The position numbers were made by a program, and so were the translations under genes. 32,000 nucleotides of DNA, from the NCBI RefSeq assembly GCF_000179635.2, contig NC_014833.1, positions 1,140,001-1,172,000 on the forward strand, in the 5' to 3' direction. This document shows positions 18,992-26,753 of the stretch, piece by piece. Each line of letters opens with the position of its first letter. Positions within the stretch are counted from its first letter, which is position 1. This stretch comes from Ruminococcus albus 7 = DSM 20455. Its GTDB lineage: Bacteria > Bacillota > Clostridia > Oscillospirales > Ruminococcaceae. Below the pieces are notes generated by a model, which was given only the letters and a program-made list of their open reading frames with translations, had not been told where the DNA came from and did no database searches.

Positions 18992-19729
18992 TTATTTTGT
19001 CTTTTCTGCGTAAATGGCTGCAACTTCATCGATGTCACCTGCGGCTATCAGTTCACCGTGTTCAAGGAGTATCGCTTTGTTGCATATCCTCTTTACCTGT
19101 TCAAGGGAGTGGGACACGAAAAGTACAGTCACGTTAGACTTGAACATACTCATTATCTTGGCTTCGCTCTTTTTGCGGAACTTTGCGTCACCGACTGAGA
19201 GTACTTCGTCAAGTATCAGTATATCCGGTTCGACCTGAGTAGCTATTGCAAATCCAAGCCTTGTTTTCATGCCCGATGAGTAGTTCTTTATGGGTACATC
19301 GATGAATTTTTCAAGCTCTGCGAACTTTACTATATCATCGAATTTTTTGTCAACGAATTCCTTTGAATAGCCCAGTACTGCGCTGTAAAGATAGATATTC
19401 TCGGCACCCGTGTACTGAGAATCAAAACCTGCACCGAGTTCAAGCAGAGGAACAAGTCTGCCGTGTCTGATGACTTCGCCCTCGGTAGGCTTGAAAACGC
19501 CTGCTATAACTTTCAGCAGGGTACTTTTGCCTGCGCCGTTAAGTCCGAGTATACCTACACGGTCGCCTTTTTCTACTTTGAAATTTACATTTTTAAGCGC
19601 CCAGAATTCGTTGTATTTCAGCTGACCTTTCAGCATTTTTATCACGTATTCTTTAAGGCTGTCAAGTTTTTCCTGACTGAGGTTGAACTTCATGCCGACG
19701 TTCTTTACCTCTATCGCATAATTAGACAT
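18992..19729 (-). CDS. ABC transporter ATP-binding protein, polysaccharide/teichoic-acid exporter type (TagH/Wzt-like, no C-terminal carbohydrate-binding extension)
   Basis: Walker A GLNGAGKST, signature YSSGMKTRLGFA, Walker B ILILDE, and the typical TagH-like N-terminus (LKEYVIKMLKG). Confidence 0.85.
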   Translation of the reverse strand: MSNYAIEVKNVGMKFNLSQEKLDSLKEYVIKMLKGQLKYNEFWALKNVNFKVEKGDRVGILGLNGAGKSTLLKVIAGVFKPTEGEVIRHGRLVPLLELGAGFDSQYTGAENIYLYSAVLGYSKEFVDKKFDDIVKFAELEKFIDVPIKNYSSGMKTRLGFAIATQVEPDILILDEVLSVGDAKFRKKSEAKIMSMFKSNVTVLFVSHSLEQVKRICNKAILLEHGELIAAGDIDEVAAIYAEKTK

Positions 19730-19784
19730 TGAGTATTCCTTTCATTATGCCCTCTATGCAATCATGCAAAGAGGGCAGATGTTT

Positions 19785-20564
19785 TTATATATGAAGAATA
19801 AAATTATCCTGATGTTTCTTGAACATCAGTACGCCGACTATAACGGAAAGCACACTTACCGCCGCAGGCATTATCACCCATGCGGGAGAAGCGAACATAT
19901 TCTCGCCGTATATTGCGGCTCTGAAATCCTTGATTATCGCATACAGCGGATTCAGCTTGAATATCCACTGATTAGCATTCAGCTGTTCGGGTACATAGAA
20001 GATAGCGCAGGTGTACATTATAAGCATCAGCGCAACATCCCAGAGATACTCAAGATCACGGAAGAATACCGACATGGTGGATAGTATCATGCCTGCCCCG
20101 AAGGTGAGCAGGAAAAGCATCATAAGGGGTACGATCGCTGTGAATATCCATAGCGTAGGCTTTACGCTGAAAACAAACATAGCGCCCACAAGCACTATCA
20201 GCGATATCGCAAATATAACAAAGTTGAAAAGCACGCCCGAAAGCGGGTAAATGTATTTTGGTACATATACTTTTTTTATCATGCCGGCGTGCTGCCGTAT
20301 CGACTTCATGGCGTTTTTGGTTCCAGTTGAAAAACAGGTGTAAAGCAATCTGCCTGTCAGTATATAAACAGGAAAGCTCTTATCGCCTTTCTGGAAGAAT
20401 TTGCCGAATACCAGCGAAAGCACACAGGTAGTCAGCAGCGGTTCGAGCAGTGTCCATAAAATACCAAGATATGAACGGCGGTATTTTAGCTTGATGCCTT
20501 TCTTTACTAATTCTTTCAGTAAAAAACGGTATCTTTTGAAAGTTTCTATCTGTTCTTTAAACAT
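19785..20564 (-). CDS. ABC-2 type exporter permease (TagG/Wzm-like)
   Basis: N-terminal motif RYRFLLKELVKKGIKLKYRRSYLGILWTLLEPLL and about 6 TM segments. It sits directly upstream of the ATPase. Confidence 0.85.
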   Translation of the reverse strand: MFKEQIETFKRYRFLLKELVKKGIKLKYRRSYLGILWTLLEPLLTTCVLSLVFGKFFQKGDKSFPVYILTGRLLYTCFSTGTKNAMKSIRQHAGMIKKVYVPKYIYPLSGVLFNFVIFAISLIVLVGAMFVFSVKPTLWIFTAIVPLMMLFLLTFGAGMILSTMSVFFRDLEYLWDVALMLIMYTCAIFYVPEQLNANQWIFKLNPLYAIIKDFRAAIYGENMFASPAWVIMPAAVSVLSVIVGVLMFKKHQDNFILHI

Positions 20565-20611
20565 ATTTTACCTCTCGATCGGTCATGCCTGTCGGCACAA
20601 CATCTTTATAT

Positions 20612-20640
20612 ATATTACCATAACGGCAAATCAATGTCAA
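20612..20640 (-). promoter_or_regulatory. Promoter of the ABC exporter pair
   Basis: The minus strand reads TTGACA, a 17-nt spacer, TGgTAATAT. Confidence 0.55.
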
Positions 20641-20790
20641 CTATATATTCGCACAAAAAAGCAGAGGTGCTTGTGCGGTATTATGTTGAAAAATAGGCTT
20701 TTGTATCGTATCTGTCAGCCTTCGGAACAGAGGATATTTACATTTTCTGACATATAAATATGTTCGCAGAAAAAATTATAACGTATAGTA

Positions 20791-20819
20791 TTGACAAATC
20801 GGAAATCTTCGGGTATAAT
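20791..20819 (+). promoter_or_regulatory. Exact consensus promoter driving the rtcB leader
   Basis: TTGACA at 20791-20796, a 17-nt spacer, TATAAT at 20814-20819. Confidence 0.7.
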
Positions 20820-20869
20820 AAGCCATGTCAGCAGGACAAAGATAAAAATACGAAAGGACGGTGAGTCAG

Positions 20870-20944
20870 ATGAAAAAGATATATCAGTTTAGTAATGCAA
20901 ACAACATAATATTACAGGAGACTCGCCGGTGCAGTCAGCGTTAA
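20870..20944 (+). CDS. Candidate 24-codon leader peptide (uORF) in the rtcB leader
   Basis: Encodes MKKIYQFSNANNIILQETRRCSQR. It is preceded by AAAGGACGGTGAG. The same GGACGGTGA Shine-Dalgarno-like string, at similar spacing, precedes the real gene that starts at 30432 on the minus strand. The uORF stop is 22 nt before the terminator stem. Confidence 0.35.
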   Translation: MKKIYQFSNANNIILQETRRCSQR

Positions 20945-20966
20945 GCTGGAAAAATTTAGCATACAG

Positions 20967-21000
20967 GGTGTGTTTCCATATGGGAGCACACCTTTTTTTA
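20967..21000 (+). terminator. Strong intrinsic terminator between the promoter and rtcB
   Basis: GGTGTGTTTCC (20967-20977) pairs with GGGAGCACACC (20982-20992), an 11-bp stem including 2 G-U pairs, with an ATAT loop and then TTTTTTTA. No convincing promoter lies between it and rtcB. Confidence 0.8.
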
Positions 21001-21060
21001 TGCCGTTTACTATAATTGCACCGACAGCTTAATCAATTGACAGACACAAAGGAGATAAAT

Positions 21061-22293
21061 ATGTTTGAATTAAACGGAAAGTACGGTACCGCAAAGGTAT
21101 TCACCGATATATGCGATGAAACTGCCGTATCACAAATAATAGAGCTTATGAACCAGCCCATGTCCGAGGGACAGAGGGTGCGCATAATGCCCGATGTCCA
21201 TGCAGGTGCGGGTTGTACCGTGGGTACTACCATGACCATAACCGACAAGGCTGTGCCGAATCTTGTGGGTGTGGATATCGGATGCGGTATGGAAACAGTT
21301 AAGCTGAAAGAAAAGCACATCGAGGTTCAGCAGCTGGATAAGCTGATATACCGCGAGATACCCTCGGGGTTCGATATACGTAAGAAGCCTCACCGCTTCA
21401 ATAACAAGATAGACCTGACCGAGCTTTACTGCTATGAACACATTGATCATAACAAGGCGATACACAGCCTTGGTTCTCTCGGGGGAGGAAATCACTTCAT
21501 CGAAGCTGACAAGGGCAGTGATGGCGGGGTGTACATCGTTATACACTCGGGTTCCCGTCATCTGGGGCTTGAAGTTGCAAAGTTCTATCAGGAGGAAGCA
21601 TACAAGCGCCTGAACGGCTGTGCAAAATCTGATATCGATGCGCTTATTGCACAGCTTAAGGAAGAGGGCAGGGATAAGCAGATCCAGACCGAGATAACCA
21701 AGCTGAAAAACACCAAGCACACTGATGTTCCAAAGCAGCTTGCATATACCGAGGGTGAACTTTTTGAGCAGTATATACATGATATGAAGATAGTTCAGCA
21801 GTTCGCCATGCTGAACCGTCAGGCGATGATGGACGAGATAATCGACGGAATGAGCCTGCACGTAAAGGAGCAGTTCACGACCATACACAACTACATCGAT
21901 ACCGATAATATGATACTGCGAAAGGGTGCGGTGTCGGCACAGGCTGGGGAAGTTCTGCTGATACCCATAAATATGCGTGACGGCAGTCTTATCTGTACAG
22001 GCAAGGGAAATCCCGACTGGAATTATTCCGCACCCCACGGCGCAGGCAGGATACTGTCACGCTCGGCCGCAAAGGCTCAGCTGACACTTACGGAGTTCAA
22101 GAGAGAAATGAAAGGCATATACAGCACATCGGTAAGCTCGGCTACCCTTGACGAGAGCCCCATGGCGTACAAGAGCATAGATGATATAGTCGGCAATATA
22201 GGCGATACCTGTGAGATACAGGATATCATCAAACCCATATACAACTTCAAGGCTGGCGAAGCCGAGGAGCACGGACGTACAAGAATGAGATAG
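21061..22293 (+). CDS. rtcB: RtcB family RNA 3'-phosphate/2',3'-cyclic phosphate ligase
   Basis: Motifs RIMPDVHAG, GVDIGCGM, GGGNHFIE, TIHNY, and the SAPHGAGR block with the His expected to be guanylylated. Start set to the ATG at 21061, 6 nt after AAAGGAG. Confidence 0.9.
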   Translation: MFELNGKYGTAKVFTDICDETAVSQIIELMNQPMSEGQRVRIMPDVHAGAGCTVGTTMTITDKAVPNLVGVDIGCGMETVKLKEKHIEVQQLDKLIYREIPSGFDIRKKPHRFNNKIDLTELYCYEHIDHNKAIHSLGSLGGGNHFIEADKGSDGGVYIVIHSGSRHLGLEVAKFYQEEAYKRLNGCAKSDIDALIAQLKEEGRDKQIQTEITKLKNTKHTDVPKQLAYTEGELFEQYIHDMKIVQQFAMLNRQAMMDEIIDGMSLHVKEQFTTIHNYIDTDNMILRKGAVSAQAGEVLLIPINMRDGSLICTGKGNPDWNYSAPHGAGRILSRSAAKAQLTLTEFKREMKGIYSTSVSSATLDESPMAYKSIDDIVGNIGDTCEIQDIIKPIYNFKAGEAEEHGRTRMR

Positions 22294-22301
22294 GAGGACA
22301 T

Positions 22302-22472
22302 ATGGAAGATAAATTTATACCATACGAAAAGATGAGCGCCAAAGAGCGCAGAAAGATTGATAACAAGCGCCGCGGTACATGGGGCGGTATGGTACCTGTA
22401 ACACGGACAGTTCCGAGCGGAAAAACCTATACACGCAAGATAAAGCATAAAAACAGCGCTTTTGATCAGTGA
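22302..22472 (+). CDS. Small highly basic protein (56 aa), translationally coupled to rtcB and absent from the supplied ORF track
   Basis: The AGGAGG Shine-Dalgarno (22292-22297) overlaps the rtcB stop, and the ATG is at 22302. It encodes MEDKFIPYEKMSAKERRKIDNKRRGTWGGMVPVTRTVPSGKTYTRKIKHKNSAFDQ, with 15 of 56 residues Lys or Arg. A hairpin follows at 22485-22525. Confidence 0.6.
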   Translation: MEDKFIPYEKMSAKERRKIDNKRRGTWGGMVPVTRTVPSGKTYTRKIKHKNSAFDQ

Positions 22473-22484
22473 AAAACATATAAT

Positions 22485-22525
22485 AATGCCCCGAAGCGAG
22501 ATCATGGTGATCGCTTTGGGGCATT
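22485..22525. terminator. Long hairpin between convergent genes
   Basis: AATGCCCCGAAGCGA (22485-22499) pairs with TCGCTTTGGGGCATT (22511-22525), about 15 bp with one G-U pair. Neither side has a clean T-tract. Confidence 0.6.
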
Positions 22526-22531
22526 GTAATG

Positions 22532-23749
22532 TTATTTCTGTCTGTAAGTGCTGAGGAAGTCCTTCATCTCTGCCATCGACAGTTTGAGCTGATCGATGCA
22601 GGGAAGGTATACTATCCTGAAGTGGTCGGGCTGTTCCCAGTGGAATCCGCCGCCTGCCACGAGAAGGATCTTCTTTGTTCTCAGCAGGTCGAGAACGAAC
22701 TGTTCGTCACTGGTGATGCCGTACTTCTTTGCATCTATCCTCGGGAATATGTAGAATGCAGCTTTCGGTTTAACTGCGCTTATACCGTCGATATCGTTCA
22801 GCAGAGTGTAGATACATTCTCTCTGGTCGTATATGCGTCCGCCGGGGAGAAGTTCCTTATCCGGAGCGCCTGTGCCTTTCAGCGCCGCAGGGATAACGTA
22901 CTGCGCCTGAACGTTAGAACACAGTCTCATGGAGGACAGCATATTCAGTCCTTCAATGTAGCCGCGAACATTGTCCTTTTTGCCGCTGAGCACCATCCAG
23001 CCTGCACGGAATCCTGCGGACATATGGGACTTTGATATGCCGTTGAATGTTATGCAGAACAGGTCGGGATCAATGGATGCGATAGAGGTATGTTCAACAC
23101 CGTCCATCAGCAGACGGTCATATATCTCATCGGAAAATACGATCAGGTCATGCTCACGAGCCAGTTTTGCTATCTGCTCAAGTATCTCACGGGGATATAC
23201 AGCACCGGTGGGATTGTTGGGGTTGATGATGACAACAGCCTTGGTCTTTTCGGTTATCTTGCTCTCCATATCCTTGATATCGGGGAACCATTCCGAACTC
23301 TCATCGCATATATAATGTACAGCAGTACCGCCTGCAAGTGTTACCGAAGCTGTCCACAGAGGATAGTCGGGGGCGGGTACGAGCACTTCATCACCGTTGT
23401 CCAGAAGACCCTGCATTACCATGGTAATAAGTTCGCTTACGCCGTTTCCTGTGTATATGTCATCAATGGAAGCAACATTTACGCCCTTGCCGCGGTGATA
23501 AGCAAGTATAGCCTCACGTGCCTGTGGAATGCCCTTTGAAGTGGAATAGCCCTGTGCATTGTGGAGATTGTCCGTCATAGTACCGATTATCTCGGGGGGA
23601 GCGTCAAAGCCGAAGGGTGCGGGGTTGCCGATATTCAGCTTGAGTATTTTTTCACCCGCCGCGATCATTCTGTCAGCTTCGTCCATTACAGGACCTCTTA
23701 TATCGTAGCAGACATTGTCCAGCTTGTGAGATTTTGAAAAAGTTCTCAT
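22532..23749 (-). CDS. alaA: Glutamate-pyruvate (alanine) aminotransferase, class I PLP enzyme, AlaA/YfbQ-like
   Basis: Near-colinear resemblance to E. coli AlaA as I recall it (KLDNVCYDIRGP, LKLNIGNPAPFGFDAP, NPNNPTGAVY, FNGISKSH..AGFRAGW, MRLCSNV). Start moved to the Met at 23749, which has a GAAGGT Shine-Dalgarno 7 nt upstream and gives 405 aa. Confidence 0.88.
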   Translation of the reverse strand: MRTFSKSHKLDNVCYDIRGPVMDEADRMIAAGEKILKLNIGNPAPFGFDAPPEIIGTMTDNLHNAQGYSTSKGIPQAREAILAYHRGKGVNVASIDDIYTGNGVSELITMVMQGLLDNGDEVLVPAPDYPLWTASVTLAGGTAVHYICDESSEWFPDIKDMESKITEKTKAVVIINPNNPTGAVYPREILEQIAKLAREHDLIVFSDEIYDRLLMDGVEHTSIASIDPDLFCITFNGISKSHMSAGFRAGWMVLSGKKDNVRGYIEGLNMLSSMRLCSNVQAQYVIPAALKGTGAPDKELLPGGRIYDQRECIYTLLNDIDGISAVKPKAAFYIFPRIDAKKYGITSDEQFVLDLLRTKKILLVAGGGFHWEQPDHFRIVYLPCIDQLKLSMAEMKDFLSTYRQK

Positions 23750-23848
23750 TTTACTTACCTTCTTTGTCATATTATATGTATCTGTAGTTAGCTTTGATCA
23801 TCTGACACAGAACGTAATGACCCTCTGTGCCAAAGCATTTCAAATTAC

Positions 23849-23877
23849 ATTGTATCACCATTCTGCTGAAAAGTCAA
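23849..23877 (-). promoter_or_regulatory. alaA promoter
   Basis: The minus strand reads TTGACT, a 17-nt spacer, TACAAT, with TG upstream of the -10 box. Confidence 0.55.
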
Positions 23878-23960
23878 GGACAAGCACGAACGAATAACGT
23901 ACTTTAGCTAATTACACAATTAAACAAAATGTACAACTTTTATATTTATTGTTAATTGCT

Positions 23961-24000
23961 TGACATTTGCAGTTTTGAAAAAAGGAAATTGCAAATGTCA
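23961..24000. repeat. Perfect 11-bp inverted repeat with an 18-nt spacer
   Basis: TGACATTTGCA (23961-23971) and TGCAAATGTCA (23990-24000), in the alaA/serC divergent intergenic region. Confidence 0.8.
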
Positions 24001-24118
24001 GGCGTGCTACGGTATAAAAAAGACTTTTCAAACCGCAAAACGAATCGCAGATGCTTGTTTTATTCAAAATTGCCAAAAACAGGCTGCCAAAATTTATATA
24101 ATGTCTATGGCAGGGTAC

Positions 24119-24147
24119 TTGACAATCAGTTGATAAAGTAATATAAT
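24119..24147 (+). promoter_or_regulatory. Exact consensus promoter of serC
   Basis: TTGACA at 24119-24124, a 17-nt spacer, TATAAT at 24142-24147. Confidence 0.7.
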
Positions 24148-24191
24148 TATAGTATTGATTTTATATTTTTAAAACAATGGAGGTCATTACA

Positions 24192-25277
24192 ATGGGCAGA
24201 GTTTATAATTTCAGCGCAGGTCCTGCTGTTCTTCCCGAGGAAGTACTCAAGGAAGCTGCTGAGGAGATGCTCGATTACAAGGGCACAGGCATGAGCGTTA
24301 TGGAGATGTCTCACAGATCCAAGGCTTATGACGAGATCATCAAGGAAGCTGAGAAGGATCTCAGAGATCTGATGAACATTCCCGATAACTACAAGGTAAT
24401 ATTCCTGCAGGGCGGTGCTTCTCTGGTATTTGCAGAGGTACCTATGAACCTGATGAAGAATGGTAAGGCTGCTTACATCATCACAGGTCAGTGGGCAAAG
24501 AAGGCTGCTGCTGAGGCTGAGAAGTACGGTGAGGTAGTAAGAGTTGCTTCCTCCGCTGACAAGACCTTCTCATATATCCCCGATTGTTCCGATCTGGATA
24601 TCCCCGAGGATGCAGACTATGTTTACATCTGCGAGAACAACACCATTTACGGTACAAAGTTCAAGACCCTGCCTAACACAAAGGGTCACGAGCTGGTAGC
24701 TGACGTTTCCAGCTGCTTCCTGAGCGAGCCTGTTGACGTTACAAAGTACGGCGTTATCTACGGCGGTGTTCAGAAGAACGTTGGTCCTTCCGGCGTACAG
24801 ATCGTTATCGTAAGAGAAGACCTGATCGCTGACGGTCCCGCATTCAAGGCTTGCCCCACAATGTGCGACTGGAAGGTACAGGCTGACAATGATTCTCTGT
24901 ACAACACTCCTCCCTGCTACGGCATCTACATCTGCGGCAAGGTATTCAAGTGGATCAAGAAGATGGGCGGTCTCGAGGGCATGAAGGCTCACAACGAGAA
25001 GAAGGCTAAGATCCTGTATGATTTCCTCGACAGCAGCAAGCTCTTCAAGGGCACAGTTGTTCCCGAGGACAGATCCCTGATGAACGTTCCTTTCGTTACA
25101 GGCAACGAGGAACTGGACAAGAAGTTCGTTGCTGAGGCTAAGGCTGCAGGCTTCGAGAACCTGAAGGGTCACAGAACCGTTGGCGGCATGAGAGCTTCCA
25201 TCTACAACGCAATGCCTATCGAGGGCGTTGAGAAGCTGGTAGAATTCATGAAGAAGTTCGAGGCTGAGAACGCTTAA
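24192..25277 (+). CDS. serC: Phosphoserine aminotransferase
   Basis: Motifs YNFSAGPAVLPEEVL, MEMSHRS, FLQGGAS and GGVQKNVGPSG (PLP lysine region). Start at the ATG at 24192, 8 nt after TGGAGG. Confidence 0.93.
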   Translation: MGRVYNFSAGPAVLPEEVLKEAAEEMLDYKGTGMSVMEMSHRSKAYDEIIKEAEKDLRDLMNIPDNYKVIFLQGGASLVFAEVPMNLMKNGKAAYIITGQWAKKAAAEAEKYGEVVRVASSADKTFSYIPDCSDLDIPEDADYVYICENNTIYGTKFKTLPNTKGHELVADVSSCFLSEPVDVTKYGVIYGGVQKNVGPSGVQIVIVREDLIADGPAFKACPTMCDWKVQADNDSLYNTPPCYGIYICGKVFKWIKKMGGLEGMKAHNEKKAKILYDFLDSSKLFKGTVVPEDRSLMNVPFVTGNEELDKKFVAEAKAAGFENLKGHRTVGGMRASIYNAMPIEGVEKLVEFMKKFEAENA

Positions 25278-25353
25278 TAGAAGTTAATAATGAAAGCATA
25301 GCGCAGGGCGGTAAACGGTCTGCGCTGTTGCCGATTTAATAAGGAGTGATAAA

Positions 25354-25560
25354 ATGGCTAAAAAGGAAAAGGTCATTCGTTTCGAGAAAGTCTTTTCTCA
25401 GGATAGCGGTCTGAGTTCTCCCGGCTTCTGCATCTTTGTTGATAAAGAAACAGGCGTGAACTATATCTACTCCTATTGGGGCGAAACAGGCGGACTTACT
25501 CCTCTGCTTGACAAGGACGGCAAGCCTGTTATCACTCAGGACGGCAAAGAGCTGTTATAA
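25354..25560 (+). CDS. Small conserved protein of unknown function (68 aa). It resembles what I recall as the DUF6440 family.
   Basis: AAGGAG Shine-Dalgarno. Core sequence FVDKETGVNYIYSYWGETGGLTPLLDKDGKPVIT. Located between serC and serA. Confidence 0.65.
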   Translation: MAKKEKVIRFEKVFSQDSGLSSPGFCIFVDKETGVNYIYSYWGETGGLTPLLDKDGKPVITQDGKELL

Positions 25561-25587
25561 TAATTTTATGTAAAAGGAATGATATCA

Positions 25588-26727
25588 ATGTACAATATTC
25601 TTACAATGAACAAGATCGCAGCCTGCGGTACCGATAAGTTCGATAAGGCTGCTTATACTATCACTGATGAGTGCGCTGAGCCTACCGCTATAATGGTACG
25701 TTCCGCTAAGCTGCACGACTACGAGATGCCTTCTTCTCTGCTGGCTATCGCAAGAGCAGGTGCAGGTGTCAACAATATCCCTGTTGACAAGTGCGCTGAG
25801 CAGGGCGTAGTTGTATTCAACACTCCCGGCGCTAACGCTAACGCAGTTAAGGAGCTGGTAATATGCGCACTGCTGCTGGCTTCCAGAAGAATTACCGAGG
25901 CTGCTGCATGGGCTAACTCCCTGAAGGGCACCGAGGACGCTCCCAAGACTGTTGAGGGCGGCAAGGCTAAGTTCGCAGGCCCCGAGATCTTCGGCAAAAC
26001 ACTGGGCGTTATCGGTCTGGGCGCTATCGGCGGCAAGGTTGCAAACGCTGCTGTTGCACTGGGCATGAAGGTAATCGGCTTCGATCCTTTCCTTTCCGAT
26101 GCTGCTGCTAAGGCACTGGATCCTACTGTAAAGGTAGTTGACAGCAAGGACGAGATCTACAAGAACGCTGATTATATCACTCTGCACGTTCCTTTCACTC
26201 CCGATGCAAAGAACAGCATCTCCAAGGAGCAGATCGCTATGATGAAGGACGGCGTTCGCATCATCAACGCTGCAAGAGGCGAGCTGGTAGATACTGCTGC
26301 TGTTGTTGAAGCTATCAAGGCAGGCAAGATCGCAAAGTACGTTACAGACTTCGCTGATGATATCGGTCTGGGCGAAGAGAATGTTATCACTCTGCCTCAC
26401 CTGGGTGCTTCCACTCCCGAGAGCGAGGACAACTGCGCTATCATGGCAGCTGACGAGCTGATGGACTACATCGAGAGAGGTAAGATCAGAAACTCTGTTA
26501 CTTTCCCGAACCTCGAACTTGCTAAGACAGCTGATCAGCTGGTATGCGTACTGCACAAGGCTGAAGTTACCGAGGACGCTGTAAAGGCTGCTGCCGGCGC
26601 TGATGTTGTAGCAAGCGCTTCTGCAACAAAGAAGGCTTGGGGCTACACTCTGCTGGACGTTAAGGGTTCTGCAAATGTTGACGCTATTAAGGCTGTTGCA
26701 GGCGTTGTAGGCGTAAGAGTTATCTGA
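25588..26727 (+). CDS. serA: D-3-phosphoglycerate dehydrogenase (2-hydroxyacid dehydrogenase family)
   Basis: Rossmann motif GVIGLGAIGGKVA, catalytic-region motifs INAARGELVD and HLGAST, and linkage to serC. The start at 25588 is preferred over 25579 on Shine-Dalgarno spacing. Confidence 0.85.
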   Translation: MYNILTMNKIAACGTDKFDKAAYTITDECAEPTAIMVRSAKLHDYEMPSSLLAIARAGAGVNNIPVDKCAEQGVVVFNTPGANANAVKELVICALLLASRRITEAAAWANSLKGTEDAPKTVEGGKAKFAGPEIFGKTLGVIGLGAIGGKVANAAVALGMKVIGFDPFLSDAAAKALDPTVKVVDSKDEIYKNADYITLHVPFTPDAKNSISKEQIAMMKDGVRIINAARGELVDTAAVVEAIKAGKIAKYVTDFADDIGLGEENVITLPHLGASTPESEDNCAIMAADELMDYIERGKIRNSVTFPNLELAKTADQLVCVLHKAEVTEDAVKAAAGADVVASASATKKAWGYTLLDVKGSANVDAIKAVAGVVGVRVI

Positions 26728-26753
26728 TAAACATCACGTAAGGGGGATACACC

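Noticed and set aside
20565-22530. Looked for known RtcB partners (rtcA, rtcR/sigma-54 site, prfH, rsr/Y-RNA, archease) around rtcB
   Set aside because: No such ORFs are present on either strand, and I saw no GG-N10-GC sigma-54 promoter. The upstream RNA does not show an obvious tRNA-like or Y-RNA stem by eye, though a covariance-model search is still needed.
23956-24141. 61-aa ORF in the alaA/serC intergenic region
   Set aside because: It has a TTG start without a Shine-Dalgarno, runs across the inverted repeat and into the serC promoter, and has a basic, low-complexity sequence. It is most likely non-coding.
25585-26556. 323-aa minus-strand ORF opposite serA. There are similar antisense ORFs opposite glyQS (28508-29245), rtcB (21130-22038), GGDEF-EAL (16975-17736), GH36 (12895-13563), serC (24570-25172), the DGC (9115-9651) and GNAT (18483-18962), plus plus-strand ORFs opposite alaA (22529-23035, 22971-23315, 23090-23539).
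   Set aside because: In every case the opposite strand carries a protein with clear family motifs. The antisense translations have no recognisable motifs and skewed composition.
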